Shown here piece by piece: positions 8,716-18,540 of a stretch of 64,000 bases of DNA. Source of the stretch: a virus; the IMG/VR virus record IMGVR_UViG_3300046804_003617, positions 12,168 through 76,167 of that record. One strand, written 5' to 3'. Position numbers and translations under genes: made by a program. The notes below the pieces were generated by a model. That model was not told where the DNA came from, made no database searches, and saw only the letters and a program-made list of their open reading frames with translations. Positions within the stretch are counted from its first letter, which is position 1, and each line of letters begins with the position of its first letter.

Positions 8716-11700
8716 TTATTTATTCTTCAGCTCCAATAATTGCGATTTGACTTCTTTTAATTCTGCTGATAGTTCTTTTACTGCGGCAATAAGTGCGGCG
8801 GTTAATTTACCATATTCCAATCCAGAAATATTACCATCTTTGTCTTTGTTGACGATTGTTGGTATCAGTTCATTTACTTCTTCTGCGATCATGCCTATGT
8901 CGTTGGTTACATCCTTATTTTTCCAATCGAATGTGACTGGACGCAACTTTTGTATCATATCCATACCATTTGTCAAATCTTTAATATTTGTCTTGAATCT
9001 TCTGGATGATGTGCTGTTAAATGATACTGCGGTAACTGCTCCGCTTGAATCAAGAACAATGTTTCCTCCACCAACTCCCACTGTTCCGCTGAATGATCCT
9101 CCACCGGTACAATCAAATCCTCCGGTTCCTACTTCCGCTCTTCCGCAAACAATAGTGGAGGCTCCTCCACCAAACTGGAATTTGCTACTTGCATATTTGA
9201 ATTCTGCACCAGCAAGTGTAAGTACTCCTAGATCATTTAGTTTTGTAGAATACCCAGATCCAAGTTGAATAGAGGCGGCGGCACCTCCTCCGGTCAATAG
9301 AAGAGGATACGAACCGGTCAATCCAATCGTTGCTTGGTTTGTTGATGCATCGATACTCAACCCATTTCCTGTTATCTTTGCTGCGGAATTTGTTGCGCTC
9401 GATAATCCCCCCGCTCCTATGTTCCATCCGGCAATAGTTCCTGAATTTGTCGCGGTCAACGACGTTGCCGTGACAGTTCCCGATATTGTTGCTGATGTGG
9501 CGGTCAATGCGCCTCCAGAAGTGACTTGGAATGTTCCGCTGTTTATATTCAATGTTCCACCAGTTATGGAAACATCCGCACAGCTTATGTTTCCGTTACT
9601 ATTCAACGTCGTAGAACCGGCAGTCAATGTTGTGGACCCAATGGTCCATCCACCAATACTGCCGCCGCTATTGGCGTTTAAGGTAGAAACCGTCAGAGTA
9701 CCATTACTGTTTAGTGTGGTAGAGCCGCCGGTCAAGCTGCTTGCGCCTATGGTCCATCCACCAATACTACCACCACTGCTTGCGTTTAATGTTGAAACTG
9801 TAAGCGTTCCGTTGCTATTTAGAGTCGTGGAACCGCCCGTCAACGTACTTGCACCAATAGTCCACCCACCGATACTACCAGCACCGGCGGTAACGGTGCC
9901 ACTTACAGTAGCAGATGACAAATTCGCCGAAGTCGCAGTCAATATTCCAGACGGACTTACACTGAAATTCGTAGAACCTGTGATAGAACCATTACTATTT
10001 AATGTCAATGCGCCTCCAGTTATGGTACTACTTCCAATAGTCCATCCACCAATAGTACCGCTTGTTGAAGTTATCTTTCCGGAAATATCCGCCGCACTCG
10101 CGGTTACACGGCCATTTGAATCAACTCTAAACGCCCCGCTTCCTATATTTAATGTACCACCAGTGATAGTACCTCCGCTTATGGTTGGAGAATTTATTGT
10201 GAGTGCAGCGTTTATTGTTCCGGCATTGATCTTGTTTGCATCCAAATTGCGAATATATGCCTGATCCATATACACTCCACTAATGTCAACGAGGAATGGA
10301 GTAATAACACTTCCTTCATCTCCCAGAGTATTCACAACCTTAAACGTATCCGCTTGTATTATAAATGAAGAGGACGCGACGCTCGATGCTATTTTATATC
10401 CAGCAACTCTGTTTCCGGCTGTGACTGCCAGTACATACTGGGCTTTCAAACTTACTACAGAACCGGATACCGCCGCTGATGTGGTCTGTGTCGTTGATAT
10501 ACTTGCGCTTAAATTTGATCCACTTATATTAAGTGCGCTTGTCAAGTTGTTGATGCTAGTTGCGGCTGACGAACTGTTGTTCGTGACTGTGTTGCTGAGA
10601 CTATTAATGTTTGATTGTAAAGTAGAGCCGCTCGTATTAAGAGCGCTCGTCAAGTTGTTGATGCTGGTCGCGGCTGAAGCACTATTTGTGGTAAGAGTAC
10701 TGTTTGTCGTGGTAATGCTCGAAGCCAGAGACGAACTGTTTGTGGTGATCGAACTACCCAGGCTGTCCATGCGGGTCGCCGCAGACGAACTGTTCGTGGT
10801 GACCGTGGTGCTCAGGCTATTGATGTTCCCCTGCAAGGTCGAACCGCTTGTGTTGAGGGCGCTCGTCAAGTTGTTGATGCTGGTCGCGGCTGAAGCACTA
10901 TTTGTTGTGATAGTACTGTTTGTCGTGGTGATACTTGATGCCAACGACGAGCTATTTGTCGTGATTGAACTACTTAAACTGTCCATTCTAGTAGCCGCAG
11001 ACGAACTGTTATTTGTGACAGTGTTATTAACAGTGTTTATATTGGACTGCAACGTTGACCCGCTGGTATTAAGAGCACTGGTCAAGTTATTGATGCTGGT
11101 CGCCGCTGAGGCACTATTCGTGGTAACGGTGCTATTCGTTGTTGTTATGCTGGAGGCTAGAGAAGAACTGTTTGTTGTAATTGAACTACTCAGACTATCC
11201 ATACGAGTAGCAGCCGAAGAACTGTTGTTTGTGACAGTTGTGCTCAGACTATTGATGTTCGATTGTAATGTCGAACCACTTGTATTCAACGCGCTTGTTA
11301 AATTATTTATGCTGGTCGCAGCAGATGCGCTGTTTGTCGTGAGAGTGCTATTAGTTGTTGTGATACTGGATGCCAACGAAGAACTGTTTGTGGTGATCGA
11401 ACTGCTCAGAGTATCCATCCGAGTAGCTGCGCTTGAACTGTTATTCGTGACCGTGGTACTTAGACTATTAATATTCGATTGCAATGTCGAACCACTGGTA
11501 TTCAACGCACTCGTCAGATTATTGATACTGGTTGCTGCGGACGAACTGTTCGTCGTCACGGTACTATTTGTCGTTGTGATGCTGGATGCGAGTGAAGCGC
11601 TATTTGTAGTAATAGAACTATTCAAGCTGTCCATTCTTGTGGCTGCTGAAGAGCTATTATTCGTGACGGTTGTACTTAAGCTGTTAATATTTGACTGAAG

Positions 11701-14700
11701 AGTCGAACCACTGGTATTCAGCGCACTTGTTAGATTATTCAAGCTCGTAGCAGCAGATGCGCTATTTGTGGTAACAGTACTATTCGTCGTTGTTATGCTG
11801 CTTGCCAAAGAAGCGCTGTTGTTTGTAATTGAACTGCTTAAGCTATCTATACGAGTTGCCGCTGAGGCGCTATTGTTTGTAACTGTAGTACTGAGAGTAT
11901 TGATGTTGGACTGCAACGTAGAGCCGCTTGTGTTCAATGCGCTCGTAAGATTGGTTATACTGGTTGCGGCAGAAGCACTGTTGGTTGTAACCGTGCTGTT
12001 TGTTGTCGTGATACTAGAAGCCAGCGAAGCACTGTTGGTTGTGATGGAACTTCCGAGGCTATCCATACGTGTGGCGGCGGATGAACTGTTTGTCGTGACC
12101 GTTGTGCTTAACGTATTAATATTCGACTGAAGAGTTGAACCACTAGTATTTAGAGCACTGGTTAGGTTATTGATGCTTGTTGCTGCCGATGAGCTATTTG
12201 TTGTAACCGTGCTGTTTGTTGTCGTGATGCTGGACGCAAGAGAAGCACTATTGTTGGTAATAGAGCTGTTCAACGTGTCCATCCTTGTAGCCGCAGACGA
12301 ACTGTTATTTGTGACGGTCGTGCTAAGAGTATTAATATTTGACTGTAAACTTGAACCACTTGTATTCAACGCACTGGTTAGGTTATTAATACTTGTTGCT
12401 GCCGATGAACTATTGGTCGTTATTGTGCTGTTTGTGGTGGTAATACTACTTGCCAAGGATGCACTGTTCGTTGTAATCGAACTGCTGAGACTATCCATTC
12501 TGGTCGCAGCAGATGAACTGTTATTAGTTACAGTGTTGCTCAGTGAAGTGATGTTTGATTGCAACGTAGACCCGCTGGTATTCAAAGCACTTGTGAGATT
12601 GTTTATACTTGTTGCAGCAGATGAACTGTTTGTTGTAACCGTACTGTTTGTTGTTGTGATGCTTGACGCCAGCGATGAACTATTGGTTGTGATTGCGCTG
12701 TTCAAACTGTCCATACGAGTTGCGGCGGAAGAACTGTTTGATGTGACCGTGTTGCTTAACGATGTAATATTTGACTGCAACGTTGAACCGCTTGTGTTTA
12801 AAGCGCTTGTGAGATTGTTGATACTTGTGGCAGCGGACGAACTGTTTGTCGTTACCGTGTTCTGAACCGATGTGATATTCGACTGTAATGTGGAGCCACT
12901 GGTATTAAGAGCACTCGTTAGATTATTTATTGATGTTGCCGCTGATGAGCTATTCGTTGTAACTGTATTGTTTACTGTTGTGATACTTGAAGCCAGCGAC
13001 GAACTGTTATTGGTGATTGAACTATTTAAAGTGTCCATCCGCGTTGCTGCCGATGAACTGTTGCTGGTTACCGTATTGCTTAGTGAGGTGATATTTGATT
13101 GTAATGTGGATCCACTTGTATTCAACGCACTTGTCAGATTATTGATGCTGGTCGCGGCGGATGAGCTATTTGTGGTAACCGTGCTATTTGTGCTGGTAAT
13201 GCTGCTTGCCAACGACGCGCTATTGTTAGTAATAGAACTTGATAGAGTATCAATCTTTGTTGCCGCAGATGAACTGTTTGTAGTTACAGTGTTACTTAAA
13301 GATGTTATGTTTGACTGTAGTGTAGATCCACTTTGATTCAGTGCGCTGGTCAAGTTGTTTATACTTGTGGCTGCGGATGAACTGTTTGTCGTGATGGTGC
13401 TATTTGTGCTGGTAATACTCGATGCCAAAGAAGAACTGTTGTTCGTGATGGAACTATTAAGCGTATCCATACGTGTTGCAGCAGATGAACTGTTTGTGGT
13501 AACAGTATTGCTCAACGATGTAATATTGCTTTGTAGAGTAGATCCACTGGTATTTAGTGCAGCCGTTAAATTATTAATGCTTGTTGCCGCCGAAGCACTG
13601 TTTGTTGTTATCGTGCTCTGGGTTGATGTGATCGAAGCATTTAGCGAGGCGGAGGCGTTGGTATAAGAAGAACTCAGAGTCGTCAACTGTAGTGCGAGGG
13701 ACGAGCTTGCGGTTGTCAACGAACTTCTCACATCGGTGATAGATGCCGCCAATGATGCGCTGTCCAATGAACTGGATTGACCAGCCGATATAGAATCAAT
13801 TCTTCCGGCAAATGACGAGGATGTATTGGTAAATGTGGTATTCGCCGTTGTTATAGATGCCGCCAATGAAGCACTGTTGTTTGTTATAGAACTGGACAGC
13901 GTGTCGATCTTTGTTGCGGCAGACGAACTGTTGTTGGTGACAGTTGTGCTCAGAGTATTGATGTTGGACTGCAACGTAGATCCACTGGTGTTCAGCGCCG
14001 ATGTCAAATTATTGATACTCACCGCAGCAGAAGAACTATTCGTTGTTATGGTTGACTGCGTGCTTGTGATAGAAGAGGCGAGAGAAGCACTTGCGTTAGT
14101 AATGTTGGTGGATACAGTGTCAACTCTACCGGCCAGAGATGAACTGGCTGTGGTCAAGGTATTGTTTGTTGTTGTAATGCTTGCCGCAAGAGAAGAACTG
14201 TTGGTTGTTATAGAACTGCTGAGTCCATCCATTCTCGTTGCTGCGGATGAGCTATTGGTTGTCACCGTTCCTTGCAACGTCGTCAGTGAACTTGCGAGAG
14301 AAGAACTGTTTGTTGTAACATTTGAAGAAATGGTATCAACTTTGGAAGCGAGTGATGAACTTGCATTTGTCAATGTTGTATTTACTGACGAAATTGATGA
14401 AGCAAGTGAAGCGCTGTTACTGGTAACTGTACTTGACAGGTTGTTTACTGCCGTGGCAGCAGATGCGCTGTTTGTAGTAACGGTGGATTGTGTGCTGGTG
14501 ATGGAAGCGGCAAGAGAAGAACTTGCATCAGTAAATCCGGATGATATACTATCAACCTTAGCAGCAAGAGAAGAACTTGTATTGGTTAAAGTAGTGCTTG
14601 TGCTAGTTATTGATGCGGCAAGTGACGAGCTATTAGTATTAATGCTGCTTTGCAATCCATCCATTCTCAATGCTGCGGATGAACTATTTGTAGTAACTGT

Positions 14701-16389
14701 TGTGCTTAACGATCCTATATTTGATGAAAGCGAAGAAGATGCGTCTAAGTAAGACGAACTTAATGTAGTCAGCTTTGCCGCTAAAGATGAGCTTGTGGTT
14801 GCCAGCGTGTTGTTTACTTGGGTTATGGAAGCAGCGAGAGAAGCACTGTCCAGTGATCCTGTTCCACCAGCCATTGCAGCAATAACATCTATTCTATTGG
14901 CAAATGACGAGGATGTATTGGTAAATGTCGTGTTTGTGGTGGTGATACTTGCAGCCAATGATGCGCTGTTGTTTGTGATCGCACTTGACAGTGTATCTAT
15001 TTTTTGTGCGGCGCTGGAACTGTTTGTTGTTATTGTTCCCTGAACAGAAGTTATTGTGGACGCAAGAGATGAGCTATTAGTTGTGACCGTACTGGACAGA
15101 GTATCCATTCTTGTAGCCGCCGACGAACTGTTTGTTGTCACAGTGCTACTTAACGTATTGATATTTGACTGTAAACTTGAACCACTTGTATTTAAAGCAC
15201 TTGTCAAATTGTTTATACTTACTGCTGCCGAAGAACTGTTGGTGGTGATTGTTCCGTTGGTGGTGGTGATGCTGGAAGCCAATGATGCACTGTTTGTGGT
15301 TACTGTGCTGCTAACCGTATCTATTTTGGCAGCAAACGAGGAAGAGTCGGTGGTCACTGTTGCATATACACTTTGTATGGATGATGCCAGTGAAGCGGAA
15401 TCTTGGGTGACTCTGTTGCTCACGCTGCTTAAGCTTGAAGAAAATGATGCCGAATTTAAAGTTATTGCCGAAGCAAGAGAAGCGGAAGCATCGGTAACAG
15501 AAGAACGTATTGAAGTAGAAACAGATGCGGCGGACGCAGAGTTTGCGTTTATGCTTGCATACGCAGCGGAAATATTGCTATTGATGGACTGCGATACAAT
15601 ATACAAAGAAGAAGAAACCGTCTGTATGCTGGCGGATATTGCAGCTATGCTGCTGGAAGTTGATGATACAAGAGAAGAGGAAACTGAATTTATTGTGCTA
15701 TACAAAGATGCGGTGGCAGAATTCAAGTTTTCAAATACCTGAGAAACGGATGCCGAGTTCTGAGTCACCGCCGATGCCAAAGATGAAGATGCGGTGTTTA
15801 TTGCCGAATAAACTGCTACCAAACTTTGGGTTATTGATTGATCTATGGAAGCGGACGTAGATGCTAAAATTTGCGGGACTATATCTTGAATACTCTGGGA
15901 TACTATACTTGAAATTGAAGAAGAGATTACAGTGTTTACATCTCCCAGACTTTGTGATATTTGATTATTAAGGGATTGTGATACTGCATTTAATTGTGAA
16001 ATACTAACCGAAGATGTTGGTAGTCCAATAACGGCCCCAGCACCATATTGTATACTTAATGTGCCGTCATCTTGGTCGGTGAGTCTTATATTTCCAACGT
16101 AAATACTACCAGAACTTACATACAAGTCTTTCCATCTGTTTGAGGGACTGCCCAGATCATATATAGCATCTGTTATAGGAACCAAACTTTGGGATATTTG
16201 AGACCCATCAAATGTTCCTCCCGTGGTATATGCCAAACTGTTCCAAGCAGTAGCTCCATTGCCTATCTTCAATTTTCCAGTATCGGTCTCGAATCCAGCT
16301 TCACCACTCGAAAGTGTCGGGTTTACAAACGACCAGTTTGCTGCCGTGTCTCTTCTTAGCTGTATTTTTTGGATTGCGATGGTTGACAT
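8716..16389 (-). CDS. Giant tail fibre with Mtd_N/hyaluronidase-type N-terminus, 18-residue coiled-coil repeats, DUF1983-like domain, GGWTIG repeats and C-terminal S74 intramolecular chaperone
   Basis: IQLRRDTAANW..NPTLSSGEAGFETDTGKLKIGNG; YDLGSPSNRWKDLY; VAGYKI..FIIQADTFKV..PFLVD..VYMDQAYIRN; TSSRRFKTNI..LRPVTFDWK..GMIAEEV..LIAAVKEL. Confidence 0.9.
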   Translation of the reverse strand: MSTIAIQKIQLRRDTAANWSFVNPTLSSGEAGFETDTGKLKIGNGATAWNSLAYTTGGTFDGSQISQSLVPITDAIYDLGSPSNRWKDLYVSSGSIYVGNIRLTDQDDGTLSIQYGAGAVIGLPTSSVSISQLNAVSQSLNNQISQSLGDVNTVISSSISSIVSQSIQDIVPQILASTSASIDQSITQSLVAVYSAINTASSSLASAVTQNSASVSQVFENLNSATASLYSTINSVSSSLVSSTSSSIAAISASIQTVSSSLYIVSQSINSNISAAYASINANSASAASVSTSIRSSVTDASASLASAITLNSASFSSSLSSVSNRVTQDSASLASSIQSVYATVTTDSSSFAAKIDTVSSTVTTNSASLASSITTTNGTITTNSSSAAVSINNLTSALNTSGSSLQSNINTLSSTVTTNSSSAATRMDTLSSTVTTNSSSLASTITSVQGTITTNSSSAAQKIDTLSSAITNNSASLAASITTTNTTFTNTSSSFANRIDVIAAMAGGTGSLDSASLAASITQVNNTLATTSSSLAAKLTTLSSSYLDASSSLSSNIGSLSTTVTTNSSSAALRMDGLQSSINTNSSSLAASITSTSTTLTNTSSSLAAKVDSISSGFTDASSSLAASITSTQSTVTTNSASAATAVNNLSSTVTSNSASLASSISSVNTTLTNASSSLASKVDTISSNVTTNSSSLASSLTTLQGTVTTNSSSAATRMDGLSSSITTNSSSLAASITTTNNTLTTASSSLAGRVDTVSTNITNASASLASSITSTQSTITTNSSSAAVSINNLTSALNTSGSTLQSNINTLSTTVTNNSSSAATKIDTLSSSITNNSASLAASITTANTTFTNTSSSFAGRIDSISAGQSSSLDSASLAASITDVRSSLTTASSSLALQLTTLSSSYTNASASLNASITSTQSTITTNSASAATSINNLTAALNTSGSTLQSNITSLSNTVTTNSSSAATRMDTLNSSITNNSSSLASSITSTNSTITTNSSSAATSINNLTSALNQSGSTLQSNITSLSNTVTTNSSSAATKIDTLSSSITNNSASLASSITSTNSTVTTNSSSAATSINNLTSALNTSGSTLQSNITSLSNTVTSNSSSAATRMDTLNSSITNNSSSLASSITTVNNTVTTNSSSAATSINNLTSALNTSGSTLQSNITSVQNTVTTNSSSAATSINNLTSALNTSGSTLQSNITSLSNTVTSNSSSAATRMDSLNSAITTNSSSLASSITTTNSTVTTNSSSAATSINNLTSALNTSGSTLQSNITSLSNTVTNNSSSAATRMDSLSSSITTNSASLASSITTTNSTITTNSSSAATSINNLTSALNTSGSSLQSNINTLSTTVTNNSSSAATRMDTLNSSITNNSASLASSITTTNSTVTTNSSSAATSINNLTSALNTSGSTLQSNINTLSTTVTTNSSSAATRMDSLGSSITTNSASLASSITTTNSTVTTNSASAATSITNLTSALNTSGSTLQSNINTLSTTVTNNSASAATRIDSLSSSITNNSASLASSITTTNSTVTTNSASAATSLNNLTSALNTSGSTLQSNINSLSTTVTNNSSSAATRMDSLNSSITTNSASLASSITTTNSTVTTNSSSAATSINNLTSALNTSGSTLQSNINSLSTTVTNNSSSAATRMDTLSSSITTNSSSLASSITTTNSTLTTNSASAATSINNLTSALNTSGSTLQSNINSLSTTVTNNSSSAATRMDSLSSSITTNSSSLASSITTTNSTVTTNSASAATSINNLTSALNTSGSTLQSNINTVNNTVTNNSSSAATRMDSLSSSITTNSSSLASSITTTNSTITTNSASAATSINNLTSALNTSGSTLQGNINSLSTTVTTNSSSAATRMDSLGSSITTNSSSLASSITTTNSTLTTNSASAATSINNLTSALNTSGSTLQSNINSLSNTVTNNSSSAATSINNLTSALNISGSNLSASISTTQTTSAAVSGSVVSLKAQYVLAVTAGNRVAGYKIASSVASSSFIIQADTFKVVNTLGDEGSVITPFLVDISGVYMDQAYIRNLDANKINAGTINAALTINSPTISGGTITGGTLNIGSGAFRVDSNGRVTASAADISGKITSTSGTIGGWTIGSSTITGGALTLNSNGSITGSTNFSVSPSGILTATSANLSSATVSGTVTAGAGSIGGWTIGASTLTGGSTTLNSNGTLTVSTLNASSGGSIGGWTIGASSLTGGSTTLNSNGTLTVSTLNANSGGSIGGWTIGSTTLTAGSTTLNSNGNISCADVSITGGTLNINSGTFQVTSGGALTATSATISGTVTATSLTATNSGTIAGWNIGAGGLSSATNSAAKITGNGLSIDASTNQATIGLTGSYPLLLTGGGAAASIQLGSGYSTKLNDLGVLTLAGAEFKYASSKFQFGGGASTIVCGRAEVGTGGFDCTGGGSFSGTVGVGGGNIVLDSSGAVTAVSFNSTSSRRFKTNIKDLTNGMDMIQKLRPVTFDWKNKDVTNDIGMIAEEVNELIPTIVNKDKDGNISGLEYGKLTAALIAAVKELSAELKEVKSQLLELKNK
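10450..15800 (-). repeat. Coding tandem repeat: 54-nt (18-aa) units organised as a 216-nt (72-aa) super-repeat
   Basis: TTNSSSAATSINNLTSAL / NTSGSTLQSNINSLSTTV / TNNSSSAATRMDSLSSSI / TTNSSSLASSITTTNSTV repeated; boundaries approximate. Confidence 0.85.
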
Positions 16390-16419
16390 GATGTGTTATA
16401 TGTGAATGCCTACCTATAA

Positions 16420-18507
16420 TTAGTAGTTTGCGCCAATTGGATCTATAAATATTCTAGATTTTAATGGAAAAAGCTGCTTATTATATGTAAAAGTATATGA
16501 ATTGGTGCCATATGCCAGCTTCTGGGAACTGTCGTACAATTCTACCTCTATTTCATAATGTTCGTTGGGAATATGCGCAAAAATGGGGATTTTCACCAAA
16601 AAGCTGTCTATGGAATAATCCAAATCCTGATATGGAGTTATTGATACAGATGATATATACCAAAATCCACTCATCGGAACAAACATTATGGTTCCATATT
16701 TTTCATCTTGGTTAAAAAATGTATTCTCGTATAATTCATTTGCCCCATAGTTGTATGCGCTGTCTATATAGCCTATCATGGTTTTGATACCATTGCTTAT
16801 TCCGTATATATACAATTTTGCATCTGCTGAGTTCCCGGCCGCCGCCTTTACTCTCATACTAAACTTATATAAAGTATTTTGGCGATACTTAATGGGATTA
16901 CTGTCATGAATAGTTCCAGAAAGAACATTTTCTTGTGAAGTAGCATACGAAGATATACTTGGTATGTTTGTCAGTCCTATATATGAAGCGGTGGGATATA
17001 TTGCACTGTTTAAAAATGCCTGTGTGTTGGCATACCAGTAGGATTTTGACCCAAATGAGTATGAAACATATTGAGCATTCTGAGAAGCCGCGTCTGTATT
17101 GTCTTTGTATATCACATAATCCGTTTCATTATAGTTTCCGGTGTGACCAATATATGCGCCGTCTATGAGAACAGAATTATCGTGAGAAAAAGTGCAGCTT
17201 CCATTCACAAACCAATGTGATGACATATGCTGCTGAGAATAAAAGTAACTTGGATTGTTATATACTCCACTGTCAAATTTTGTGGTGATTATGGCTTCGT
17301 CCGGACGAATATAACCCTGAGTAAGCAATGTTCTGTCGGCTGGAGTGTTCAGGCTGCGAGCATATATCTTATAAGATTCCAAATTACCACATAATGTTCT
17401 TATATTGTTGCATTCCACTCCCACAACTGAACGATATTTTGTTGACGCGGATGTTGTGGCTCTTGGTAAATTTTGAGGTATTTCCCTATAGAATATTTCA
17501 AATTGACCATCTGATATGCTTAATATGTAGAAATTTTTCTTGTGAAAAACGACTTGCTTGTCCGGATCGTCCTCTATTCTTACGTCCTTAAGTCTGACAA
17601 GATTGTTTTTTGAATATGGAGAATCCTCGTTTGATCTGCTAATAAGCTCATATACAGTGGAAAATGGTATATCCAATAGCAATGATGTTTCATTTACAAC
17701 CTTGCTTATTTTTGCAACAAAATCCGTGTTAAGAGTTCCCTGAAAAACTTCCTGATAATCGTTATAGCGAAATTGCGATACGGTTGGGTTTTTCAAACGA
17801 ACATATTCGCCTTCCATCGAAGAACTAAATCTGGTTCCCGATTTAAGATGCAATTGATAAATTGCTGTATCAAACTGATAATCATAATCTCCATTTGTGT
17901 TATTTTTTGGACTTACCGCCGTAGCCGAGAAGCTTCCGGAAGCCAATCTGTATGAACCTGTTGGATATACCGGAGACTGATATATCTCCGCACGAGTTTT
18001 GATATATGGAGTATCAAAAAATCTTATTTCAGAATCTGTTGGTTTAGTTGTATCTATGAGAACATTTCTCGTCCATATTACTTCCACACTTTGCAATTTG
18101 TTGCTTGCTGGAGGTTCTGTCGTAAGAGGTAAGCGTTCATCGTCCTTTATCTTGTATCCAGTGCCCTTATAAAAGGCAACGCTGCCACTATAATCCTCCA
18201 CATTCAACCCGATTCCACGAACCTGTAATTTTCCAACGCCGTTGGTGGTGTCAATTGGAACAGTAACGTGATATAAATGACCAGTATTCGTTTCTTCGGC
18301 AAATCTGGCGTTATCTGGCATCACCTTATCACACGCCAATTCATTGTTCAACACATCATAAACTTTGACAAATATTGGCTGACCGGGTACCAAATATGGT
18401 GACGGGTTTATCGTGAACGAGTTTTTTCCGGCATAAAACCTATCACTATAGCCGGTGAGGAAAAAGTAAGTATTGGAGTTATAATCCGAATCGAATAGTT
18501 TAGCCAT
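16420..18507 (-). CDS. Probable virion/tail structural protein
   Basis: 695 aa, rich in Y/S/T/N; late-type motif upstream; immediately upstream of the tail fibre. Confidence 0.6.
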   Translation of the reverse strand: MAKLFDSDYNSNTYFFLTGYSDRFYAGKNSFTINPSPYLVPGQPIFVKVYDVLNNELACDKVMPDNARFAEETNTGHLYHVTVPIDTTNGVGKLQVRGIGLNVEDYSGSVAFYKGTGYKIKDDERLPLTTEPPASNKLQSVEVIWTRNVLIDTTKPTDSEIRFFDTPYIKTRAEIYQSPVYPTGSYRLASGSFSATAVSPKNNTNGDYDYQFDTAIYQLHLKSGTRFSSSMEGEYVRLKNPTVSQFRYNDYQEVFQGTLNTDFVAKISKVVNETSLLLDIPFSTVYELISRSNEDSPYSKNNLVRLKDVRIEDDPDKQVVFHKKNFYILSISDGQFEIFYREIPQNLPRATTSASTKYRSVVGVECNNIRTLCGNLESYKIYARSLNTPADRTLLTQGYIRPDEAIITTKFDSGVYNNPSYFYSQQHMSSHWFVNGSCTFSHDNSVLIDGAYIGHTGNYNETDYVIYKDNTDAASQNAQYVSYSFGSKSYWYANTQAFLNSAIYPTASYIGLTNIPSISSYATSQENVLSGTIHDSNPIKYRQNTLYKFSMRVKAAAGNSADAKLYIYGISNGIKTMIGYIDSAYNYGANELYENTFFNQDEKYGTIMFVPMSGFWYISSVSITPYQDLDYSIDSFLVKIPIFAHIPNEHYEIEVELYDSSQKLAYGTNSYTFTYNKQLFPLKSRIFIDPIGANY

Positions 18508-18528
18508 AGGTTTTTATATTCCTATGAC

Positions 18529-18536
18529 TATAAATA
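18529..18536 (-). promoter_or_regulatory. Putative phage late promoter (TATTTATA)
   Basis: Upstream of the tail-fibre operon. Confidence 0.6.
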
Positions 18537-18540
18537 TATA

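Noticed and set aside
8702-15742. Long plus-strand ORFs (up to 471 aa) rich in V/L/A/E
   Set aside because: Antisense shadows of the S/T/N repeat codons of the tail fibre; no independent start signals.
10450-15800. CRISPR array or non-coding satellite
   Set aside because: The repeats are in frame, vary at synonymous positions and have no constant-repeat/unique-spacer structure.
16200-16389. Diversity-generating retroelement suggested by the Mtd_N-like domain
   Set aside because: No reverse transcriptase, C-type lectin domain or adenine-specific TR/VR pair was seen; the 8190/8476 duplication differs at non-A positions and by indels.
8716-16389. Dense N-x-S/T sequons as evidence of N-glycosylation
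   Set aside because: They follow from composition; in other virion proteins the enriched motif lacks Asn, and no oligosaccharyltransferase or NGT was recognised.
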